Source of the DNA: Wigglesworthia glossinidia endosymbiont of Glossina brevipalpis
Lineage (GTDB): Bacteria > Pseudomonadota > Gammaproteobacteria > Enterobacterales > Enterobacteriaceae
Assembly: GCA_000008885.1 (NCBI GenBank)
Contig: BA000021.3
Coordinates: 270,001-302,000 of the forward strand
Length of the DNA: 32,000 nt
Direction: 5' to 3'
This document shows positions 23,174-32,000 of the stretch, in pieces (within the stretch, counting starts at the first letter, position 1; the number at the start of each line of letters is the position of its first letter). The position numbers and the translations under genes are program-made. The notes under the pieces are model-generated. The model saw only the letters and a list, made by a program, of their open reading frames with translations. It did not search any database and was not told the DNA's origin.

Positions 23174-23694
23174 ATGAATAAAAATCTTATTTTAGTAGGT
23201 AAAATATGTTCTCCTTTTGGAATAAAAGGATGGATTAATATTATATCTTTTACAGAAAAAAAAAAGATATACTTAAATATCAACCATGGACATTGACCAA
23301 AAATAACTTTTGTAAAGAAATATGTATTTCTCAATGGAAATTACACTATAATAAAATTATAGTAAAAATAAAAAACATTAATAATAGATCACAAGCATTT
23401 ATTTTTAAAAATTTAAAAATTATGATTTTTTGTGATCATCTACCTGATCTTGGAAATAAGCAATATTATGTTAAAGATATAATAGGATTAAGAGTTATAA
23501 ATACGAAAAATATAATATTAGGAAATGTAATTGATATAATAAATACTAAATCTAATGATGTTTTATTAGTTCTTGGCAAAGAATTTAATAATAAAAAAAA
23601 AGAATATTTGATACCTTTTATAGAAAAAACAGTAATTAAAGAAGTAAATATAATATCTAAAATTATTTTAGTAGATTGGAATAAAAATTTTTAA
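23174..23694 (+). CDS. rimM: ribosome maturation factor RimM, frame disrupted at A10 tract (23256-23265)
   Basis: Frame 0 from ATG 23174: MNKNLILVGKICSPFGIKGWINIISFTEKKK; one extra A continues as KDILKYQPWTLTKNN...KYYVKDIIGLRVIN...SNDVLLVLG...YLIPFI..TVIKEV..ISKIILVDWNKNF. Confidence 0.93.
23256..23265 (+). other. poly-A tract (A10), frameshift/slippage site in rimM
   Basis: ACAG-A10-GATATAC; frame 0 stops at TGA 23294-23296, +1 A restores the conserved frame. Confidence 0.88.
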
Positions 23695-23713
23695 AACAAA
23701 ATTTATTAATAAT

Positions 23714-24450
23714 ATGAAAATTGGAATTATTACTATTTTTCCAGAAATGTTTTTTTCTTTCATGGATTATGGAATTACAAATAGAGCATTGAAAAAAAAT
23801 CTTTTAACATTAAAATTCTTGAATCCTAGAAATTTTTCTTCTGATAAAAGAAAAAAAATAGATAGTAAAATATATGGAGGAGGTTCAGGAATGCTAATGA
23901 CTATTCAACCTATAAAGGATGCTATTCATCAAGCAAAAATTTATATAGGAAATTTCTCAAAAGTAATTTATTTATCTCCACAAGGAGATAAATTATGTCA
24001 ATCAAAAGTAATGAAATTTTTAGATTACTCAAATATTATTATAGTTTGTGGAAGATATAAAGGGATAGATGAAAGATTAATTATATCTGAAATAGACGAG
24101 GAAGTATCAATAGGAGATTATGTTATAAGCGGAGGAGAATTAGGAGCCATGATATTAATAGACTCCATATCTAGAGTAATACCAGGAGTAATTAAAAAAA
24201 AAATTCATATATGACAGATTCCTTTTTCAAAGGATTATTAGGATATCCAGAATATACTAGACCAAAAGTATTTGATAAAATGGAAGTTCCTTCAGTATTA
24301 TTATCAGGAAATCATAAAAGTATAAAAGAATGGAGATTAAAGCAATCTTTAGGGCGTACTTGGGAAAGAAGACCTGAAATGTTAAAAAACAAAAATTTAA
24401 CAAACGAAGAAAAAAAATTATTACATGAATTTAAAAATGAATTTTTTTAA
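23714..24450 (+). CDS. trmD: tRNA (guanine-N1-)-methyltransferase, frame disrupted at A10 tract (24194-24203)
   Basis: Frame 0: [13 protein letters not shown]...YGGGSGMLM...[11 protein letters not shown]...[11 protein letters not shown]...[12 protein letters not shown]; one extra A continues as [59 protein letters not shown]. Confidence 0.95.
24194..24203 (+). other. poly-A tract (A10), frameshift/slippage site in trmD
   Basis: GTAATT-A10-TTCATATATGACAGA; frame 0 TGA at 24212-24214 overlaps an ATG at 24211-24213 that opens the downstream frame. Confidence 0.88.
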
Positions 24451-24466
24451 AAAAGGATAATAAAAA

Positions 24467-24814
24467 ATGAACCTCATAAACATAATAGAAAACTCTCAAA
24501 AAAAGAGCAATATAACTAAACTTTTTTCTGGAGATATTGTAAAGATAAATATTTGGGTGTTAGAAGGAAATAAAAAGAGAATTCAAATATTTGAAGGAAT
24601 TATAATAGCTATTAAAAATAAAGGAATTAGTTCATCAATAACTGTAAGGAAAATATCTAACGGAGAAGGTGTAGAAAGAATGTTTCCTTTACATTCACCT
24701 ATAATAGAAAGCATTATTGTTAATAGGCATAGCCTTGTTAGGAAATCTAAATTATATTATTTAAGGAATAAAAAAGGAAGATCTTCTAGAATTAAGCAAA
24801 GACTAAAAAAATAA
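24467..24814 (+). CDS. rplS: 50S ribosomal protein L19
   Basis: FSGDIVKINIWVLEGNKKRIQIFEGIIIAIKNKG...RMFPLHSPIIESI, 115 aa. Confidence 0.97.
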   Translation: MNLINIIENSQKKSNITKLFSGDIVKINIWVLEGNKKRIQIFEGIIIAIKNKGISSSITVRKISNGEGVERMFPLHSPIIESIIVNRHSLVRKSKLYYLRNKKGRSSRIKQRLKK

Positions 24815-24826
24815 TAAATTTTTATT

Positions 24827-25558
24827 TTAAAAACTTTTTATATTTAACATGTCACTAGGAGTGTTTATGCTAAAACAGTTTTTAATATTTTCAACTGATA
24901 CGTATATTCTTTTTCCGTACCATAAAATTCTTAGCTGTTCTAAATTTTCCATTTTCTCTAATTTAGAAGAATTATAATTGGAATATAAACGAACAAATTT
25001 TGCATAATATGCATATATTCCTACGTGTTTTAAAAAATTATTTTTAATATAATATGAATTATAATTTTCACACCAAGGAATTACAGATCTAGAAAAATAC
25101 AAAGCATATCCATTTATATCAATAACAACTTTAACTATATTTTTATCGAAAATTTCTTTCTTATTTAATATAGGAATAGCTAGAGTAGATACTATTAAAT
25201 TTTTTTCTTTTAATTTTTTTGCAACATTAAAAATGTTATCGCTATTTAAAAAAGGCTCGTCTACTTGTAAGTTAACTATTATCTGGTTATCTTTGATTTT
25301 AAATTTTTCAATAGCTTCTATTAATCTTTCTGTTCCAGAATTATATTCTTTTTTTGTAAGTAATACTTCTATTCCATTTTTATTTACTAATGAATAAATT
25401 TCATTATTATCAGTAACAACAATAACACGAGATGCTCCCGATTTTTTAGCATTTTCTATAGTATGTATAATCATAGGTTTTCCATTAATATTAATTAATG
25501 GTTTTTTTGGAAATCTTTTAGAAAAAAATCTTGCTGGTATTATTACAATAAATTCCAT
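24827..25558 (-). CDS. kdsB: 3-deoxy-manno-octulosonate cytidylyltransferase
   Basis: MEFIVIIPARFFSKRFPKKPL, GKPMIIHTIENA, YALYFSRSVIPW, NLEQLRILWYG; start chosen downstream of the ycaR stop. Confidence 0.95.
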   Translation of the reverse strand: MEFIVIIPARFFSKRFPKKPLININGKPMIIHTIENAKKSGASRVIVVTDNNEIYSLVNKNGIEVLLTKKEYNSGTERLIEAIEKFKIKDNQIIVNLQVDEPFLNSDNIFNVAKKLKEKNLIVSTLAIPILNKKEIFDKNIVKVVIDINGYALYFSRSVIPWCENYNSYYIKNNFLKHVGIYAYYAKFVRLYSNYNSSKLEKMENLEQLRILWYGKRIYVSVENIKNCFSINTPSDMLNIKSF

Positions 25559-25562
25559 TATT

Positions 25563-25733
25563 TTACCTTTTTTTAATAGGATAACTGGAATCCCTAAGCA
25601 AAATTGGAATTCCATCTTTTATTGGAAAAGCTACTGAATCAAATTCACAAATAAGTTCTTTTCTAATCAAATCAAAATTTAATTTTTTATTACAGATTGG
25701 ACAAGCAATTATATTTAACAATTTTTTATCCAT
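25563..25733 (-). CDS. ycaR: YcaR/Trm112-like small zinc-ribbon protein (UPF0434 family)
   Basis: Manually translated MDKKLLNIIACPICNKKLNFDLIRKELICEFDSVAFPIKDGIPILLRDSSYPIKKR, 56 aa, between kdsB and lpxK; not in the supplied ORF track. Confidence 0.92.
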   Translation of the reverse strand: MDKKLLNIIACPICNKKLNFDLIRKELICEFDSVAFPIKDGIPILLRDSSYPIKKR

Positions 25734-25801
25734 ACATCGTCCTATTAACTTATATATTTATAAAATAAATAAAATTTTTTATTCAAAACAAATAAAAATT
25801 T

Positions 25802-26893
25802 TTAAATTTTATTAAAAATATTATTTTTTTTATTTTTAAATTTAAAAATTATTATTTTTTTTTCTACAGAGCTCAAAAGAACTTCTTTGCATTTTTTAGA
25901 AAAAAAAACATATATTGGAAGATACCACCAATTAATTTTTGCAAAGTATTTGCATTTAATAGAATCTTTTTCTGTCATTAATAAATGTTCGTTATTTTTG
26001 GTCAAAGAAGTTAATATATTTTTATCATATATATAATGATCAGGAAAGCTTATTTCTCTAATTGGTATTATTCCGCTTTTTCTTACCATTGAAAAAAAAT
26101 TTTTATTATTGCTTATTCCTGATATTAATATAGTAGGAAATAAATCATTTAGTCTTTTTTTGCTTCCATTTAATAAATTAATGACATAATTTTTATGATA
26201 TAAATTCATTTTAATTATATTTTTATTTCTACAACATCCATTTATTATTACTTTATTCACTTTATTTAATTTTTTTTTGGTTTCTCTCATTGGACCAGCT
26301 GGAAGAAGTAAATTATTTCCAAATTTTCTATTATTATCTATTACAATCCATTCTATACATCTTCCCATAGAATGATGTTGTAAACCGTCATCAGAAATTA
26401 TAATATCTAAATTATAATATTCTAAAAGCATTTTTATAGCTAATATTCTATTTGAACTTACCGCAACTGGAACATTAGATCTTTTATGTATCAAAATTGG
26501 TTCATCTCCGCAAATATCATGGGTAAAATTAGAATTTATAATTATAGGAAAATCATATTTTCTTCCATATCCTCTAGATACTACACCTACTTTCCATTTT
26601 CTTTTTTTTAATTGTTTAGATAACCATATTACTAGAGGAGTTTTTCCATTCCCTCCTACTGTAATATTTCCTATAACTATAATAGGAATATTAAAGTTAT
26701 ATGTTTTTTTAAAATTACATTTATATAATATATAAATTATTTTAATAACTAAAAAATATATTAAAGAAAATGGATACAAAAAAAACCTCATTATGGTTTT
26801 TTTAAACCAAATATAGTTAATAATAGAAATTACATTTATTTTTAAAATATATTTTTTTTTATTGATCCAGCTGTAAACGGTAGATTTGCGCAT
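25802..26893 (-). CDS. lpxK: tetraacyldisaccharide 4'-kinase (start uncertain; 26791 possible)
   Basis: IVIGNITVGGNGKTPLVIWL, VVSRGYG, GDEPILIH, LLPAGPMRE, LLMTEKDSIKC, NWWYLPI. Confidence 0.94.
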   Translation of the reverse strand: MRKSTVYSWINKKKYILKINVISIINYIWFKKTIMRFFLYPFSLIYFLVIKIIYILYKCNFKKTYNFNIPIIVIGNITVGGNGKTPLVIWLSKQLKKRKWKVGVVSRGYGRKYDFPIIINSNFTHDICGDEPILIHKRSNVPVAVSSNRILAIKMLLEYYNLDIIISDDGLQHHSMGRCIEWIVIDNNRKFGNNLLLPAGPMRETKKKLNKVNKVIINGCCRNKNIIKMNLYHKNYVINLLNGSKKRLNDLFPTILISGISNNKNFFSMVRKSGIIPIREISFPDHYIYDKNILTSLTKNNEHLLMTEKDSIKCKYFAKINWWYLPIYVFFSKKCKEVLLSSVEKKIIIFKFKNKKNNIFNKI

Positions 26894-28604
26894 ATACTCC
26901 TTTTTTTTCTATAAGTTCATTATGATTTCCGTATTCTATTATTTTCCCTTTTTCTACTAATAAAATCATATCAGATTTTTTTATAGTAGAAATTCTATGT
27001 GCTATTACTAGAGAAGTACGATTTTTTCTTATTTTATCAATTGCTTTTTGAACCTTAATTTCTGATTCTATATCTAAAGCAGAAGTAGCCTCATCAAGAA
27101 TTAATATAGGGCAATCTCTCAATAAAGCTCTAGCTATTGCAATTCTTTGTCTTTGACCTCCAGACAATAAAGTTCCATTTTCTCCTATTATTGTATTTAA
27201 TCCATGCTTCATTTTTATTATAAAATCCATTGCATAAGCCATATATGCAGCTTTTTCTATTTGATATTTAGAATAAATTTTCTTCTTAGCATAAGCTATG
27301 TTATTAGCTATTGTATCATTGAATAAATATATATTTTGTGACACTAAGGCTATTTGATTTCTCAAATTGGATAATTTATATTTTTTTAAATTTATATTAT
27401 CTAGAAAAATTGATCCTTTGTCTGCTTCATAAAATCTAGTTAATAAATTTACTATAGTAGATTTTCCTGCTCCGGAAGATCCAATTAAAGCTACAGTACA
27501 TCCGGCTGAAATTTTTATGTTTATATCTTTTAAAGATGGGTTTTCTTTCCCTGGATATGTGAAAGTAATATTTTTAAATTTTATTTCTCCACGAGCACGA
27601 TTAATATAGCATTTTCCTATATCTTGTTCTTGCTTAATATCAAATATAGAAAATAAAGTTTTACATGCAACCATGCCTTTTTGAAAATTTGCATTTACAT
27701 TAGTAAGTGATTTCAAGGGTCTCATTAAAGCAATCATTGAAGTAAAAATAACTGTTATAGTTCCAGCTGTTAATTCATCTATTATTTTTGGCAAGCTCGA
27801 AATGTATAATATAACAGCTAAAGTGATAGATGAAATAAATTGAATTATTATATCTAAAGTTGAAGATGATATAACTATTTTCATGCTTTGTTGTCTAATA
27901 AAATTACTAACATAATTAAATCGATCAATTTCTTCTTTTTGTCCTCCAAAAATTCTAATTTCTTTATGCCCTTTCAGCATCTGTTCTACAATAAAATTAA
28001 CTTGACCCATATTGTTTTGTATCTTCTTATTTATTTTTCTGAATCTTTTTGATACTTGATTGATAGAAAAGAATACTATTGGTGTTATAATAATTAAAAC
28101 CGATGATAATTTCCAACTATGAAAAAACATCATAAAAAATAATCCAATAATTAGAGAACCTTCTCTTACTATAGTTATTAAAACGCTAGAAGAAGATGAT
28201 GCCACTTGTTCTGTGTCATAAGTAATTCTAGATAATAAGGCTCCTGTTGATCTTTTATCGAAAAAAGATACTGGCATATTCATCATATGCCTAAATAAAT
28301 TTCTTCTTATATTCATAACTACTTTTCCAGATACCCAAGAAATAAAATAACTTGAAATAAATCCACTGCTTCCTCTGGATAGCATCAAAGCAACAATAGC
28401 TAATGGCATCCATATTGATATTTTATTTTCAGATGATTTAAAACCATTATCTAGTAGTGGTTTTAAAAGAGATAACATTAATGTGTCGCTTGTAGCGTTA
28501 ATAATAAGAGCAACAATAGATATAATCAATCCAGATTTAAAAGGAGAAATAATTGGCCATAAACGACAGAAAATTCGCCAAGTAGAAAAATTTTTTTTTA
28601 GCAT
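26859..28604 (-). CDS. msbA: lipid A export ABC transporter ATP-binding/permease
   Basis: GSSGAGKSTIVNLLTRFYEADKG, LSGGQRQRIAIARALLRDCPILILDEATSALD, N-terminal TM domain. Confidence 0.96.
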   Translation of the reverse strand: MLKKNFSTWRIFCRLWPIISPFKSGLIISIVALIINATSDTLMLSLLKPLLDNGFKSSENKISIWMPLAIVALMLSRGSSGFISSYFISWVSGKVVMNIRRNLFRHMMNMPVSFFDKRSTGALLSRITYDTEQVASSSSSVLITIVREGSLIIGLFFMMFFHSWKLSSVLIIITPIVFFSINQVSKRFRKINKKIQNNMGQVNFIVEQMLKGHKEIRIFGGQKEEIDRFNYVSNFIRQQSMKIVISSSTLDIIIQFISSITLAVILYISSLPKIIDELTAGTITVIFTSMIALMRPLKSLTNVNANFQKGMVACKTLFSIFDIKQEQDIGKCYINRARGEIKFKNITFTYPGKENPSLKDINIKISAGCTVALIGSSGAGKSTIVNLLTRFYEADKGSIFLDNINLKKYKLSNLRNQIALVSQNIYLFNDTIANNIAYAKKKIYSKYQIEKAAYMAYAMDFIIKMKHGLNTIIGENGTLLSGGQRQRIAIARALLRDCPILILDEATSALDIESEIKVQKAIDKIRKNRTSLVIAHRISTIKKSDMILLVEKGKIIEYGNHNELIEKKGVYAQIYRLQLDQ

Positions 28605-29221
28605 ATATATTTTACCTAATAATATATTTTTAAAAAATTTTTAAAATTACTTATTTTTTATATTTTTTAATTAAAAAATATATTTTTAATTTTTAAATTA
28701 AATATTTATGAAATTTTATTGAAGGATAATAATTATTAATATTAGATGTTTGTTTTAATTGTATTAAATTATAATTTTATTATAAATTAAATTCTGTTAG
28801 TTATAAAATTTTTATATTAAATATTTTTAATAATTTATAATAATATATTATTATTCATTATTAATTTAAAATTAATGTATATATTTATTATTTTTATATT
28901 TTAAATATAAAATATTTATTATTATAAATAATTAAAATAAGATATATAATGTTAATATAAATTAAATTTTTTTAATTTTTTATATTTTAAGTTAAAATTT
29001 TATAAAAAAATAATAAATTAATTTAATTTAATTCATTTAATTAATTTGCATAATTTATATTTTATATTAAAATGTTTTAATTAATTTTAAATTTTATTTA
29101 AAATAAAAATAAAATTATTTTTAATAAATTTAAAATAAATTTAATATATCAAAAAATAAAAAAAAGCAATATAATTTTAAAAAGTTTTATATTATAAATA
29201 TATAATTTAGAGATATAATAT

Positions 29222-29563
29222 ATGAATATATTTTTTGAAAAAATTAATTTTGATTCATCTGCCATTCCTAATTCTCAAAATAACCCATATACCTTATTAA
29301 TAATGCTTCTTGTTTTTAGCATAATATTTTATTTTATTATTTTAAGGCCTCAACAAAAAAGAGCAAATGCTCATAAAAAATTAATGCTTTCTTTATCCAA
29401 TGGAGATGAAGTTTTAACTTCTTCTGGATTTATTGGTTATATTTTAAAAATAACAAGTTCTGATTATGTTGTACTAAAACTAAATGAAAATAATTCAGTT
29501 TTAATAAAAAAAGATTTTATTACAAGCATTTTACCAAAAGGTACAATTAAGTTGATTAAATGA
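29222..29563 (+). CDS. yajC: preprotein translocase accessory subunit YajC
   Basis: FYFIILRPQQKRANAHKKLMLSLSNGDEVLTSSG; single TM segment. Confidence 0.94.
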   Translation: MNIFFEKINFDSSAIPNSQNNPYTLLIMLLVFSIIFYFIILRPQQKRANAHKKLMLSLSNGDEVLTSSGFIGYILKITSSDYVVLKLNENNSVLIKKDFITSILPKGTIKLIK

Positions 29564-29583
29564 AAAATTATTTTTATATAATT

Positions 29584-30453
29584 TTATTTTATTGTTTTAA
29601 ATAAATTAAATAATTTTTCTTTATCACAAGATCTTCTAATTATGTCTTTAAAAGAAAAATTTATTTTTATGTTTGTATTTATTTTTGTTAATTTATAATA
29701 TAAAAAAGCTTTTCTTTTATTCTTTTTTAGAGAATAAATAACTTTTTTGCTTTTTATATCAGTTAATTTATCAACTTTTCTTATATTATTATAAATATCC
29801 AATAAAGATGGAAACTTATTTAATAATTTTACAGCAGTTTTTTCTCCTATTCTTGGAATACCAGGTATATTATCAGAACAATCTCCAACTAAAGCTAAAT
29901 AGTCAGCTATAGAACAAGGAAATATTTTATACTTTAAATAAACCTCAATAACGTCATATATCTTATAATTATTAATATTAATTATATTAACATTTGAAGA
30001 AACTAATTGCATCATATCTTTATCGTTAGTAAATATAAAAACTTTCTTTCCTTGTTGTTCTAATTTTATGGACATGGTTCCTATTATATCATCTGATTCT
30101 ATTCCATCTATACAAAAAATAGAAAAACCCATAAAGCTAAGAATATTTTTTATAATTGGAATTTGATGCTTTAAATCTTCTGGCATTTTTTTTCTATTTG
30201 ATTTATAATTTTTATAGATTTTATTTCTTGATGTATTATGATGTGAATCAAACACTATAGCCACACAGTTTGTGCTGTATAGTCTTAATGTCTTTTTTAT
30301 CATTTTAATTATTCCGTATATAGCTCCAACTGATTTTCCTGATATATTTTTTATATTTGGAGCTCCAAAATATGCTTTATAAAGATATATAGATCCATCA
30401 ATTAATATTACGAATTTATCTAACTTTTTCATATAAGACATTATTTTTAACAA
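29584..30453 (-). CDS. polA: DNA polymerase I 5'-3' exonuclease (5' nuclease) domain only
   Basis: DGSIYLYKAYFG, DGIESDDIIGT, FTNDKDMMQLV, ALVGDCSDNIPGIPRIGEKTA; 289 aa, no polymerase domain. Confidence 0.93.
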   Translation of the reverse strand: MLKIMSYMKKLDKFVILIDGSIYLYKAYFGAPNIKNISGKSVGAIYGIIKMIKKTLRLYSTNCVAIVFDSHHNTSRNKIYKNYKSNRKKMPEDLKHQIPIIKNILSFMGFSIFCIDGIESDDIIGTMSIKLEQQGKKVFIFTNDKDMMQLVSSNVNIININNYKIYDVIEVYLKYKIFPCSIADYLALVGDCSDNIPGIPRIGEKTAVKLLNKFPSLLDIYNNIRKVDKLTDIKSKKVIYSLKKNKRKAFLYYKLTKINTNIKINFSFKDIIRRSCDKEKLFNLFKTIK

Positions 30454-30478
30454 AAATTTTTAATAAATAAAAAATAAT

Positions 30479-31108
30479 TTATATACTTTTATTAAGTAAA
30501 TATTTAATAATTTCAATATATTTATTAGAATATTCTTCTATTGAAGAAGCATAAATTTTATCATTATTAATTACATAACGTCCGTTAATTACTATCGTGG
30601 GAACACTTATTATATTTAATTTTTTTAAAAAGAATTCTTGTTTTTTAATAAAACATTTCACTAAAAAACTATTTTTAGCGTATTCGTATTGTTTTTTAGA
30701 AATTCCTAATTTATTGAATACAATAAGTATGTCTTCTTTATTTAAAATTTTTTTGTTGTTTTGAACTTCTTGAAATAAAATATCACTAATTTTGTTCTCT
30801 ACATTAAAAAATGTGGAAATGGCCCATATCAAAGACAAATCCACTGATTTAGGGCCAAAAAAGTTGGTATGATATTTTATAATTTTATCATTTTCTGATA
30901 TTATATTTCTTATATTTTCATTTATTTTATAAATTGAATTAAATTTATAACAATAAGAACAATAAAAAGAAAAAAACTCTATAATCTTATATTCATCAGA
31001 TATTATGTAATCTAGCTTATAATATTCTTTACCTTCAGAAGGTATTATTTTAGCATGTCCAAATAAAAATCCTGTATATAAAAAAATTATTAATATTAAC
31101 TTTTTCAT
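30479..31108 (-). CDS. dsbA: thiol:disulfide interchange protein DsbA
   Basis: Signal-like N-terminus, EFFSFYCSYCYKF active site, cis-Pro SVPTIVINGRYVIN. Confidence 0.92.
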   Translation of the reverse strand: MKKLILIIFLYTGFLFGHAKIIPSEGKEYYKLDYIISDEYKIIEFFSFYCSYCYKFNSIYKINENIRNIISENDKIIKYHTNFFGPKSVDLSLIWAISTFFNVENKISDILFQEVQNNKKILNKEDILIVFNKLGISKKQYEYAKNSFLVKCFIKKQEFFLKKLNIISVPTIVINGRYVINNDKIYASSIEEYSNKYIEIIKYLLNKSI

Positions 31109-31145
31109 AAAAATTTAATAATGAAATTTTATTTTTAATAAAAAA

Positions 31146-31175
31146 TTCGCCCCGATTTAAATTTCGGGGCGATTT
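31146..31175 (-). terminator. rho-independent terminator downstream of groEL
   Basis: Minus strand CGCCCCGA-aatttaaa-TCGGGGCG (8 bp perfect GC-rich stem, 31048-offset arms at 31048+100=31148-31155 and 31164-31171) followed by AATTTTTT. Confidence 0.88.
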
Positions 31176-31220
31176 TATATTTTAAATAAATAATGATTCA
31201 ATAATATTTTTATTATTGAA

Positions 31221-32000
31221 TTACATCATTCCTCCCATTCCTCCCATTCCAGCTCCTGCTCCGCTTAAATCAGGTTTTTCTTCTTTTGGAAGGTCTGTGA
31301 TCATGCATTCAGTTGTTATCATTAATCCAGCTATTGAAGCTGCATATTGTAAAGCAGATCTAGTTACTTTAGTTGGATCTAAAATTCCCATATCAATCAT
31401 ATTTCCATATACTTCTGTTGCTGCGTTATATCCGGTATTTCCTTCTCCTGCTTTTACTTTATTTGCAATTACAGATGGTTCTTCTCCTGCATTTGCCACT
31501 ATTTGACGAAGTGGAGCTTCCATAGCTCTTCTAGCAACTCGTATTCCTACGTTTTGGTCTTCGTTTTCACCTCTTAAATTTACAATGCGATTTGCTACTC
31601 TTATTAATGCTACTCCTCCTCCTGCTACTACTCCTTCTTCTACAGCTGCTCTGGTTGCATGTAAAGCATCTTCTACTCTAGCTTTTTTTTCTTTCATTTC
31701 AACTTCAGTTGCAGCTCCTACTTTTATTACTGCTACTCCACCTGCTAACTTTGCAACTCTTTCTTGAAGTTTTTCTTTATCATAGTCTGAAGTTGCTTCG
31801 TCACGCTCTTGATTTATTTGAGAAACTCTACTACTTATCATTGATTTATTTCCTGTTCCATCAATTATGGTAGTAGTGTCTTTTGTAATTACCACTCTTT
31901 TCGCTTGACCCATATCTTCCAATGTAGATTTTTCTAAATCTAATCCCATTTCTTCAGAAATGACAGTTCCTGAAGTTAATATAGCTATATCTTGAAGCAT
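31221..32000 (-). CDS. groEL: chaperonin GroEL, C-terminal part (5' end beyond window)
   Basis: [58 protein letters not shown]-terminal [11 protein letters not shown]. Confidence 0.98.
   Translation of the reverse strand: MLQDIAILTSGTVISEEMGLDLEKSTLEDMGQAKRVVITKDTTTIIDGTGNKSMISSRVSQINQERDEATSDYDKEKLQERVAKLAGGVAVIKVGAATEVEMKEKKARVEDALHATRAAVEEGVVAGGGVALIRVANRIVNLRGENEDQNVGIRVARRAMEAPLRQIVANAGEEPSVIANKVKAGEGNTGYNAATEVYGNMIDMGILDPTKVTRSALQYAASIAGLMITTECMITDLPKEEKPDLSGAGAGMGGMGGMM

Noticed and set aside
25559-25615. 19-residue N-terminal extension of kdsB (MEFQFCLGIPVILLKKGKI)
   Set aside because: This segment is the out-of-frame 3' end of ycaR; kdsB starts at 25558 with MEFIVIIPARF, matching family N-termini.
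31216-31767. Plus-strand ORFs across groEL (Pro/Ala-rich)
   Set aside because: Antisense of the conserved groEL C-terminus; the Pro-Pro-Ile-Pro pattern is the reverse of the GGM repeats.

Overview
This window is an AT-rich, densely packed stretch of a reduced gammaproteobacterial genome, most likely an insect endosymbiont. It carries about 34 housekeeping CDSs and 3 tRNAs, with no mobile elements, CRISPR array or defence genes. Several blocks keep Escherichia coli-like gene order: greA-rlmE-ftsH-folP-glmM; recA-alaS-tRNA-Ser(GCU)-tRNA-Arg(ACG); tRNA-Arg(UCU)-folD-cysS-lpxH-purE-purK; ffh-rpsP-rimM-trmD-rplS; msbA-lpxK-ycaR-kdsB. Two observations stand out. (1) Four conserved genes (rlmE, hemC, rimM, trmD) are each broken by a frameshift exactly at an A9 or A10 tract on the coding strand. 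In all four, adding one A restores a full-length product whose downstream catalytic residues are conserved. This fits transcriptional slippage rescue, with homopolymer undercalling as the main alternative. In trmD the shift also creates an ATGA stop/start overlap at the domain linker. (2) A full-length open DAHP synthase (AroG family) keeps its scaffold motifs but lacks three of four metal ligands and four substrate-binding arginines, so it looks like a pseudoenzyme. Smaller points are a polA reduced to its 5'-nuclease domain, a TTG start with a strong Shine-Dalgarno on gshA, a DsbA with a CSYC active site, and an unexplained ~617 bp spacer. I found no novel defence or mobile system.
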